Source: a virus
IMG/VR virus record: IMGVR_UViG_3300045919_000305
Coordinates: 1 to 64,000 of that record
DNA length: 64,000 bases
Strand: one strand, 5' to 3'
Shown here: positions 8,964-16,255 of the stretch, in pieces
How positions within the stretch are numbered: position 1 is the first letter of the stretch
Layout: every line of letters begins with the position of its first letter
The notes under the pieces: model-generated
What the model saw: only the letters and a program-made list of their open reading frames with translations
What the model was told of the DNA's origin: nothing
Database searches by the model: none
Position numbers and translations under genes: made by a program

Positions 8964-9286
8964 AGCCGCTTAAAATTTATATAGGCTATGATTCTGAACT
9001 CGGTTCTGAAGAAGCCGCTGTTTTAATCTTCGCCCACAATTCAAAAGAAGCCAGGAAGCTCGGCTGGGAAGAAATGAAGCAGCTACACGGCACCGCTTGG
9101 ACAGACATGGCGGTACTGGTATTGCGTCGGAACACAGTAGCTTTGTCTCAAAATGCGGATCCAGTAAAATTAGCGGCTGGCGAAGCGCACGTTATCGTTC
9201 ACATGGACGTTTGCCCTAAGTGTTACCTGTTTGGGGAAGACGGCATCGATGAAAACGATTTATGCGGGTATTGCGGAGATCGGTAA
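8960..9286 (+). CDS. hypothetical protein with C-terminal CxxC...CxxC
   Basis: ATG 8960 overlaps TGA 8961-8963, GGAG 7 nt upstream; ends ...VCPKCYLFGEDGIDENDLCGYCGDR. Confidence 0.55.
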   Translation: MKPLKIYIGYDSELGSEEAAVLIFAHNSKEARKLGWEEMKQLHGTAWTDMAVLVLRRNTVALSQNADPVKLAAGEAHVIVHMDVCPKCYLFGEDGIDENDLCGYCGDR

Positions 9287-9539
9287 TGGCGGATTCTACT
9301 TGGGATGACCTACGAAAACACGTATGGCATAAAGAAAACCGACTTAGAGCGGGGGGTGCGTTCGTGAGCCGCCCCTTCTCGTGCTTGTTGATCCGGAAGT
9401 GTGGGGAGAACTACTTATGAGCCCTGAAAGTCGATACCATCTTGCAGCCAACGAACCCCCTAAATTCTATGGCTACCCTATCTATATGGTAACAACACGG
9501 GGCTTCGGTATGCGCGTAGTGGAGGATAATTGTGTCTAA
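9286..9539 (+). pseudogene. 84-aa-class ORF split by a frameshift in a G6 run
   Basis: Frame 1 (ATG 9286) stops at 9418-9420. Frame 0 is open from 9348 through the G6 run (9351-9356) to TAA 9537-9539 and reads naturally (PPLLVLVDPEVWGELL...). Confidence 0.4.
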
Positions 9540-9657
9540 AAAATCGCGCGAAACGTTCATGGAATACTTCGTTTATGGTGGTTTATCGGCTATTGGTGTT
9601 CTTCTTTTAATCTGGACAGCCACGTTGATGTGGAAATATTTCTATGTCGCTAACTAA
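9532..9657 (+). CDS. small membrane protein (41 aa)
   Basis: GTG 9532 six nt after GGAGG; one clear hydrophobic helix (YGGLSAIGVLLLIWTATLMW). Confidence 0.4.
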   Translation: MSKKSRETFMEYFVYGGLSAIGVLLLIWTATLMWKYFYVAN

Positions 9658-9877
9658 CCAGATCCTGAACCTGCCGCCGGCTAAATTAACCGAGTTGCAC
9701 AATACATTGATAGAAACGGGCGTAGCTTTTGAGTTGGGTGGCGATCATCGGGAAGTGTTGCGCAGGGCGCGTAATCGCTACCAAACAGGGCTCATGCACC
9801 GGGTCTACACCCGGTTAATCGTAGCTAAAAAAGAAGAAATCGACGCTATGTTGAAGCACTTAGTAAATAGCACTTGA
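9644..9877 (+). CDS. hypothetical protein
   Basis: ORF in operon register; ends just inside the -35 of the next promoter. Confidence 0.5.
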   Translation: MSLTNQILNLPPAKLTELHNTLIETGVAFELGGDHREVLRRARNRYQTGLMHRVYTRLIVAKKEEIDAMLKHLVNST

Positions 9878-9902
9878 CACACTAAACGGAAGCCTGTAAA
9901 AT
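9874..9902 (+). promoter_or_regulatory. sigma70-type promoter
   Basis: TTGACA (9874-9879), 17-nt spacer, TAAAAT (9897-9902); followed by GGAG and ATG 9933. Confidence 0.6.
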
Positions 9903-9932
9903 AGTTCCTGTAGTTTGGTTCTGGAGAAAAAA

Positions 9933-10283
9933 ATGTTGGAAAAAGTAGCGTTATGCGATTGTATAGGTAAGACCTTAAAATATGCCGATCTCGAAGATGA
10001 GTACGGTATCTTCACTTTTACAGATGGTACTTTCACAATTCTCCGCGCTACGGCACCCTACGAAGATGCTTGTGAAATTAACATATGTAACGATTACGAA
10101 GACTACGTGATGGATTGCTATTTCTCCGCTGCTGGAATCGCTTCGGAAGAAGAATTAGCTTTAGCTAGGCAAGAAAGGATTCGCATGGCGGCTGAAACAC
10201 TAGAACGGATGGTAAAGGAAAGAGAGTTAAGGGAATACGAGCGCCTTAAAGCGATATACGAAACTAAGATTCAATCCGAGTAG
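9933..10283 (+). CDS. hypothetical acidic/coiled-coil protein
   Basis: ATG 9933 six nt after GGAG (track start TTG 9915 lacks an RBS). Confidence 0.55.
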   Translation: MLEKVALCDCIGKTLKYADLEDEYGIFTFTDGTFTILRATAPYEDACEINICNDYEDYVMDCYFSAAGIASEEELALARQERIRMAAETLERMVKERELREYERLKAIYETKIQSE

Positions 10284-10513
10284 GGCGTATCCCTAACCCC
10301 GAAGTCAGGCAGAGGTGTGGGGATTGTGAAAAACACTGCCAGTAATCGCCGGTATCCTCTCTTTGAGGCTTCCTTTGCGGGTGAGATTACCGAGTTGTTC
10401 ACGAGACGAACAGCTAATCCTAACTTAGTGTTTTGGCCCTTACTGGTAATAGGGTTTAAAACAGTAAGCGGTTGTGCACGAAGTATAACTCAAACCCGGA
10501 TTGGTTTGCCTGC

Positions 10514-10582
10514 TTACTTTATTTTAGAAAGCCCTCCCGAGTCAACAAATGGGAAGTGGCGGACGAGGGTTTTCTAAAGTAG
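10514..10582 (+). repeat. long hairpin A (conserved outer stem TTACTTTATTTTAGAAA / TTTCTAAAGTAG)
   Basis: Outer arms plus inner stem GCCCTC/GAGGGT; preceded by small hairpin CAAACC-CGGAT-GGTTTG. Confidence 0.7.
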
Positions 10583-10700
10583 CGATGTGGAAAGTAGACA
10601 CATGGCGTATAGAGGGCAATAGGCACACGCGGTCTTACCTTTATTGGCGGTGGATAATCCGGCTGTAGGGACACCCACTAGACCCCGGGTGACGACGGGG

Positions 10701-10777
10701 CTACTTTATTTTAGAAAAAGTTGCGGGACGGCTGCAAGCTATCCATTACTACAGCCCCGCAGCTTTTTCTAAAGTAG
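10701..10777 (+). repeat. long hairpin B (same outer stem, different self-complementary interior)
   Basis: CTACTTTATTTTAGAAAAAGTTGCGGG..GCTG / CAGCCCCGCAGCTTTTTCTAAAGTAG; preceded by small hairpin CCCCG-N8-CGGGG. Confidence 0.7.
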
Positions 10778-10942
10778 TCAAAGAGCTTTTAGCGACGACT
10801 GCACCAGGGGTTTGACGTGCAGGGCTTAGGGTATTGGAAAAGGCTTAATGTGGGCGTACCGGGCTCCCCGACGGTTGGAAACCACAGCGTGTTACCGTTA
10901 ACCTTATAATGGCAAGAATCCTGGCTACTTTACTAAATACCG

Positions 10943-10966
10943 CCGATCTCAAAAGATCGGTTTTTT
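10943..10966 (+). terminator. rho-independent terminator
   Basis: CCGATCT-CAAA-AGATCGG followed by TTTTTT. Confidence 0.7.
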
Positions 10967-11007
10967 AACGACCGCGATCCGTCGGCTTCGGATAGTTTAG
11001 AGGAAAT

Positions 11008-11565
11008 ATGAAAATGAAAAGAATATTATTATCATGCGTTTTGTTACTTGCAAGTATGTCTATATATGCTACACCGGAAACATTAACCTTAAACCCACCA
11101 CTAAACAATAAAATATTTGCAGCTTCTGGCTCAATTGTTGGAACCGGTTTAATAGATTCTTATATATTGGAGTGCCCTTTAGCAACATCAACAGGAATAC
11201 GAATTGTTCCTGCTGTGACACTGCTAGATTTAAATTCTGCATATGTGCCAACAAATTTGTCTGTTTCAGTTTCTGGCTCGCTTGGAAAATTCAGCACAAT
11301 CAGAACTACCGGGTATTCTACGCTAGCATCGGCAGCAGTAACTACTTCCGGAACTGCTATAGTGACTGTTAGCAAAACAGGTGCGGACGTTTTATACTCA
11401 TTAGTGTTTAAATGTAAAACAAACCCAACCGCCGCACAAATTGCAGCAGGAGCTATCGCCGGAACATTGACTGCATTAGAACTAATGCCAGCTAATAACG
11501 GAACCCCAATAGACAAAACAAAAGGCCATGTATTGACTCAATTTAAGCAAGATTCTGCGGAGTAA
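11008..11565 (+). CDS. exported protein (signal peptide), unknown function
   Basis: MKMKRILLSCVLLLASMSIYA/TPE signal peptide; GAGG upstream; beta-rich Thr/Ser/Ala mature part with two Cys. Confidence 0.7.
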   Translation: MKMKRILLSCVLLLASMSIYATPETLTLNPPLNNKIFAASGSIVGTGLIDSYILECPLATSTGIRIVPAVTLLDLNSAYVPTNLSVSVSGSLGKFSTIRTTGYSTLASAAVTTSGTAIVTVSKTGADVLYSLVFKCKTNPTAAQIAAGAIAGTLTALELMPANNGTPIDKTKGHVLTQFKQDSAE

Positions 11566-11570
11566 TAGTA

Positions 11571-13523
11571 ATGAAAAATTTATTATCGTTATTATTATTT
11601 TTATGGGGGTCTGCTTTATTAGCTGCACCTTGTCAAATAACTTTTACACCAAGGTCGCAGTATGGGTATACCCCGCAATATATGTCAGATCAGTTAACCG
11701 CCGCTGGATGGACTGTTCTAGGTGTTAGTGCCCCAATATTAAATGGCACTGTTGAGTACCGTAATGTAACCGCTACACGTTCAGACTTTACTTACACCTA
11801 TAGTGGCGTTACTTATAACATGTGCCAATTGCTTAATCGTTGGGATATAGCCCCGGCAAGCGAAAGACAGGCATTAGATGACGCAATAGGAACTTACCTA
11901 AACTTTACGATGCCGATAGGAGTTACAGTTGATAGAGTTAGTTATGATTTGGGATCTGATGGTGCTGAATCGCAAAATTATGTAGCTTATGCGGATTTTA
12001 TCAATAATGAAAGTAATGAGTGGGTCACTAATCCAGCAAAATTCGGATATACGCTTAAGGATTATCATAGTAATAATGGTCTTGCTGCATCAGCTACAGA
12101 AACATTGACTTACATTGATACGTCTGACGCGCATACCGTTGACTATCCATTTAGTATTTTCGGTCATTTGTTGATACCAACAGCCCTTGACCCAGCTACT
12201 CTTGATTTTTTCAGAAATTTTCTTCCAAGTGCAACTCATGCGAGTCAAATGATCGCATTAAGTTTACAGGTCGAAGGCTTAAAGATTTATAATAAAGCCG
12301 TAAGATATGACTACGGTAATACGCTTACTTCTATGGGTGAAAGTGTTGATGCCTCACGAGTAAAGCCTGCCGTTATGGTATTGGGGTTTTATCCTAAAGG
12401 TGATGCTGATACCCAAGCAGCAATTAACATTAAGGAAAATAAACTTAATGCTTCCCAGGTTGTCGTGGTTGAACCCGCAAGGAATCAGATACTTAAAACT
12501 TATGCAGGTGGAAGTAAGTGTGTTATAGGTAATGTTTATATACCGCCAAAAGATTTAATAGTGCATAAAACTCATGCTGCTTGTTTCACACAAGCTGAAT
12601 ACTTTGCGTCTAATGCTAATGCAATTCCTTACGTAGATTATTGGCCTATAACTCAAGCTTATATAGACGAGCTTAACAATGGTGATTATTTTGCCCATGC
12701 TGGAGGCGACAATCCAAAGTCTTTAACGGTGGGTTTTATATCTCCTTGGGATGGCACACTAGGAAACTATCCTGATCCAAGAGTTGACTTTGTATGTAAC
12801 TTTGGTTCTTTTTCTGCATCTTCATCAAGTCTTTGCGCTGGAGCAGTAGGTGCACTGGCAACGGTTATAGTTAAAGAGAATCCTAGCTGGACAGCCCAAT
12901 GTGTAATTGATGCGTTTATTGGAGGTACTAAGCAATTCAACAGGACATCTTCAAAAAGTGCTGGCGTTGGGTATGGAGTTTTTAACGCGGATGCTGTTAT
13001 TAACTACTCAGCTCAAAGGAAGAATGATTGCGGTACTAACGGTCTAATTGATGCAGACGGCGTTGAGCTTGGCGCTTTTGCCGAAGCTTACCCACAAAAC
13101 GCTACGAGCTTATACGGGATACCTAATCAGCAATTGTTTGGGGCTTACCCTTATAACTTCGCCAGCACATTAAGCAATAGCTACAACCAAGCTATATCTA
13201 ACGGTTGTACAGGACAGGGAAGCGTTGCTAAAGTTTGGAGACGTAGACTGGACCCCATAACCAATACTTATATTTATGAAGTTGGAACAGTTAGCGATGT
13301 AATTACTTGGCCAGGTAGTTATATTGAATGTGACGACTCGCCACAAGGAAGGCCAACAGCTAGGCATTTTAGTATCTTTTATAATAAATCCCAAATAACG
13401 GATGCTAACGGGTGTAACATTCGATATAAATCGCTATATGGGCAATGCAGTAATTCGGTTAACGTAAGAATGGGCGACCCTTCTTACCGTGCTACAAATT
13501 TTTATCACGGAAAATTGCTTTAA
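11571..13523 (+). CDS. exported 650-aa protein, unknown function
   Basis: MKNLLSLLLFLWGSALLA/AP signal peptide; starts 6 nt after the previous stop; many Cys; AT-rich codon usage. Confidence 0.7.
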   Translation: MKNLLSLLLFLWGSALLAAPCQITFTPRSQYGYTPQYMSDQLTAAGWTVLGVSAPILNGTVEYRNVTATRSDFTYTYSGVTYNMCQLLNRWDIAPASERQALDDAIGTYLNFTMPIGVTVDRVSYDLGSDGAESQNYVAYADFINNESNEWVTNPAKFGYTLKDYHSNNGLAASATETLTYIDTSDAHTVDYPFSIFGHLLIPTALDPATLDFFRNFLPSATHASQMIALSLQVEGLKIYNKAVRYDYGNTLTSMGESVDASRVKPAVMVLGFYPKGDADTQAAINIKENKLNASQVVVVEPARNQILKTYAGGSKCVIGNVYIPPKDLIVHKTHAACFTQAEYFASNANAIPYVDYWPITQAYIDELNNGDYFAHAGGDNPKSLTVGFISPWDGTLGNYPDPRVDFVCNFGSFSASSSSLCAGAVGALATVIVKENPSWTAQCVIDAFIGGTKQFNRTSSKSAGVGYGVFNADAVINYSAQRKNDCGTNGLIDADGVELGAFAEAYPQNATSLYGIPNQQLFGAYPYNFASTLSNSYNQAISNGCTGQGSVAKVWRRRLDPITNTYIYEVGTVSDVITWPGSYIECDDSPQGRPTARHFSIFYNKSQITDANGCNIRYKSLYGQCSNSVNVRMGDPSYRATNFYHGKLL

Positions 13524-13531
13524 TTAAACCC

Positions 13532-13562
13532 AGCGCCAAGGATGGCGCTATTTAACTTTTTT
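13532..13562 (+). terminator. rho-independent terminator
   Basis: AGCGCCA-AGGA-TGGCGCT then ATTTAACTTTTTT. Confidence 0.6.
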
Positions 13563-13593
13563 ATCCTCACTAACCCTAAAACTGGACACCGCT

Positions 13594-14124
13594 ATGAAAA
13601 GAGTAATTTTAACCGCTGTACCTTTATTGTTAAACGCTTGCGCCTATAATTCCACTATGGGAGTTAATGACCGTTTCCAGGTAGCTTCGACGGCCAGCTT
13701 CTTTGCGCCTTCTGTAACTACGGTAATCGATACACAAAACCCTAATGCCTTACCCCCCACCTTCGCCGGCCCGTCCATAGTCGGACAAGTTGCCAACGCA
13801 GCCGGTACAGTAGCCGCCGGCGCGTTTATTGGTAATGGTCTTAGCAAGAACCACGGCACCAGTGTTAATCAAAGCGGTGGCGGAGCCGTTGCGACAGCAA
13901 AGGGGGGCAGCTCTTCAGCCCTCGGAGTAGGCGGTCAGGGCGGCGCTGGCGGGAACGGAGGGAATGCGTTGAGTGAGGCTTACAGTAATAGCCATTCATC
14001 GGTGCGGTCGAATATGGAATCCGTTAACACCAATATTAACGCAAACGAAAACATCAATAGTAGTTCAAGTAGTTCTCCCCCTACCCAGAGCGGTAATGGT
14101 GAAGGCCACAGTTCTGACAATTAA
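13594..14124 (+). CDS. lipoprotein with Gly/Asn/Ser-rich low-complexity region
   Basis: MKRVILTAVPLLLNAC: signal peptide ending in a lipobox-like LNAC; mature part has GGGAVATAKGGSSSALGVGGQGGAGGNGGN and an Asn/Ser-rich tail. Confidence 0.65.
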   Translation: MKRVILTAVPLLLNACAYNSTMGVNDRFQVASTASFFAPSVTTVIDTQNPNALPPTFAGPSIVGQVANAAGTVAAGAFIGNGLSKNHGTSVNQSGGGAVATAKGGSSSALGVGGQGGAGGNGGNALSEAYSNSHSSVRSNMESVNTNINANENINSSSSSSPPTQSGNGEGHSSDN

Positions 14125-14146
14125 AACGTAATACCTATAAACCTAT

Positions 14147-14183
14147 CCTAGAGTGTAGCTTATCTAAAATGTTATACTCTAGG
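14147..14183 (+). promoter_or_regulatory. 8-bp inverted repeat between the lipoprotein gene and the 607-aa gene
   Basis: CCTAGAGT (14147-14154) / ACTCTAGG (14176-14183); overlaps a TATACT box; no U-tract. Confidence 0.3.
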
Positions 14184-14211
14184 GTCTTCAACTTTAAAAC
14201 CTGAGATACCT

Positions 14212-16035
14212 ATGCGAAAAATAAGCCTAACCCTTTTATGCCTGTCTTTAGCTGTATTATTACAGCCCGAAGCCAAGGCGACTGTTTACGGCCCGGTAGA
14301 GAACTTCGATGTTACCAATACCACAGGGCAAGATGCGCACGGCTTCGAAATCGAAGCGAGAGACGTACATAAATCCGATATTTCATCAATCTTTGGCGAT
14401 CCCAGCCGCTTTGGTTTGGATCAAGTAGAGCGTTACGATGCGCCTATCGTTACTGATTTTACTGATGCTACCGGATTCGGGGTGCGTATACGCTATGCTG
14501 CGGCATTTAACGGTGTTTGGTCTGCTACTACCCCAAGTGGGCAGTTACCCTATAGCCCGGCGGATTCCTGCTGGAAATACGGTGATCCTAACTACAACAC
14601 GACAACTTATCCCTGTGATCATTTTGGAGTAAGCTTTAACGTTGCTCCAACGACCGTAAAGTATTCATGGTTGGTTGAGCAGACGCCGGGTGCATTAACT
14701 CCGACTGGTGTTTACGTGCCAAGTCCAGTATTCAATATTGTGACCCCAGCACAGGTAATACCCCCCGCTGTTGTAGGCAATCCCCCCATCGTTATAGCAC
14801 CTCCGGTAATACAAGTTCAATTACCCGCACCGGAATTACCCCCAGCGGCACAGTTCGGAACCCCTTTCTGGGTTAAGGTAAAATCTACTTGCCTGAATAA
14901 TAACATCGGTGTAGAAGCCCTCGTGAAAGACGGTAAAGATATGGCCGTTATGGAGACTGAGACAGAATGGCAGATATTTCAAGAAGATGTGGGCAACCCA
15001 GCCTCAAAATTCCTGGATATGACGGCTACCAAGCTGCACAATTGCCCGGCTGGTGAAGCCTACACAATTGACGTATTCGAATACGCGGGCTTACTGACGG
15101 CTGAAGGTCAAATAGACCTACAAGGTGCTTCTGATACCCCCGTAATAGATCCACCCACGTTAGGTAAATGGCTGGGCGCAAACAATGTCGGTATTAACTA
15201 TGCAGGCGGTGTGCCTGATGTATTGGGCGGAGTAGTTGCACCGTTACCAACACCAGCTCCTACGCCTTCTCCGACACCGGCACCTGTGGCTCAAGCGTGT
15301 TCAGGCACTGACGAAGTAATCACTAGTACCGCCGGCGCAGCGAGAAACAGCAACATCGCTTTATTTGACGGAACCCTTATCGCGGCTCCTTATATTGGCA
15401 CGGCCAGTAACTTAGTCGCTATTCCAGCGGCGGGAGTAGCCTACGCTTTTAACGGGGTAGCCTTTGGTACGTTCAACGCCGGTGATTTGATCACTTACAG
15501 TGGGTCTTATGGCGCGGCATTGAATGCTAACGGAACGCCAATGTGGTGTATCCCTGCCGCCGTAACTGTGACAGCAGCTATCGCCCCAACGCCTGTGCCA
15601 ACGCCTGTGCCAACGCCTGTGCCAACGCCTGTGCCAACGCCTGTGCCAACACCTGTGCCAACACCTGTGCCAACACCTGTGCCAACACCTGTGCCAACAC
15701 CTGTGCCAACACCTGTGCCAACGCCTGTGCCAACACCTGTGCCAACACCTGTGCCAACACCTGTGCCAACGCCTGTGCCAACGCCTGTGCCAACACCAGT
15801 AGGTTGTGCGCTAGGAACAGGTAAAGTATCCTCACCGAATGCTAAAGCAACAGCAGTTGCAGGTAATGTGATTACCGTTGCCGGTAAGCAATACACAGTG
15901 GCTGATTGTGCGGTTATTAACTACAAAGGCCATGCGAAGTCAATCGCTGTAGGGTTTAGTGTTGAAGTGAAAGCCGGTTATGCTCTAAACGGCGTCACTT
16001 ATGCTACTAAGCTAACCGTTGATGACGGCAAGTAA
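14212..16035 (+). CDS. exported modular protein with PT-rich linkers
   Basis: [25 protein letters not shown] signal peptide. About 330-aa N-domain, [15 protein letters not shown] linker, about 100-aa two-Cys domain, (PTPV)18, about 78-aa two-Cys C-domain. Confidence 0.75.
   Translation: MRKISLTLLCLSLAVLLQPEAKATVYGPVENFDVTNTTGQDAHGFEIEARDVHKSDISSIFGDPSRFGLDQVERYDAPIVTDFTDATGFGVRIRYAAAFNGVWSATTPSGQLPYSPADSCWKYGDPNYNTTTYPCDHFGVSFNVAPTTVKYSWLVEQTPGALTPTGVYVPSPVFNIVTPAQVIPPAVVGNPPIVIAPPVIQVQLPAPELPPAAQFGTPFWVKVKSTCLNNNIGVEALVKDGKDMAVMETETEWQIFQEDVGNPASKFLDMTATKLHNCPAGEAYTIDVFEYAGLLTAEGQIDLQGASDTPVIDPPTLGKWLGANNVGINYAGGVPDVLGGVVAPLPTPAPTPSPTPAPVAQACSGTDEVITSTAGAARNSNIALFDGTLIAAPYIGTASNLVAIPAAGVAYAFNGVAFGTFNAGDLITYSGSYGAALNANGTPMWCIPAAVTVTAAIAPTPVPTPVPTPVPTPVPTPVPTPVPTPVPTPVPTPVPTPVPTPVPTPVPTPVPTPVPTPVPTPVPTPVPTPVGCALGTGKVSSPNAKATAVAGNVITVAGKQYTVADCAVINYKGHAKSIAVGFSVEVKAGYALNGVTYATKLTVDDGK
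15586..15801 (+). repeat. 18 tandem copies of a 12-bp unit CCAAC[G/A]CCTGTG (PTPV)
   Basis: Counted directly; copies differ only at the Thr wobble base (G5 A6 G1 A3 G2) plus a degenerate last copy CCAACACCAGTA. Confidence 0.95.
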
Positions 16036-16054
16036 AGCCATCGATTACAAAACT

Positions 16055-16081
16055 GAAAGGCGCTATTAGCGCCTTTCTTTT
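16055..16081. terminator. bidirectional rho-independent terminator between convergent units
   Basis: GAAAGGCGCT-ATT-AGCGCCTTTC followed by TTTT on + ; CAGTTTTG follows on the - strand. Confidence 0.75.
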
Positions 16082-16108
16082 CCTCTGGAGAATAGAAAGG
16101 GCAAACGA

Positions 16109-16252
16109 ATGTGGTATAAATTAACCCCTAAAGCGGGGTGTCTTATTTGTTTTGCCGCAATGGGCATCAGCGCATTCAATAGCCGTTGGGAGTCTCTAGT
16201 TATAGCCTCAAGCTTATTAATCGTCTACGCGATTATGGTTAAAATTACTTAA
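16109..16252 (+). CDS. small membrane protein (47 aa), tentative
   Basis: ATG 16109 after AAAGGG; MWYKLTPKAGCLICFAAMGISAF...LLIVYAIMV; lies downstream of the terminator. Confidence 0.25.
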   Translation: MWYKLTPKAGCLICFAAMGISAFNSRWESLVIASSLLIVYAIMVKIT

Positions 16253-16255
16253 AAC

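Larger units (their letters stand above)
10284..10966 (+). ncRNA. candidate structured non-coding RNA region
   Basis: No RBS-led ORF; several hairpins including two paralogous 70-80-nt hairpins; ends at an intrinsic terminator. Confidence 0.4.

Noticed and set aside
10317-10577. 86-aa ORF in the non-coding region
   Set aside because: It has a GTG-type start with no Shine-Dalgarno, is crossed by the conserved hairpins, and its sequence has no protein-like pattern. The region is better explained as structured RNA/DNA.
15507-15896. Alternative-frame and antisense ORFs over the 12-bp repeat, and the idea that the repeat is a CRISPR array
   Set aside because: The units are contiguous with no spacers, are only 12 bp and lie in frame inside a well-supported secreted-protein gene. 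The other frames (GVGT, ANACAN, LAQA repeats) are by-products.
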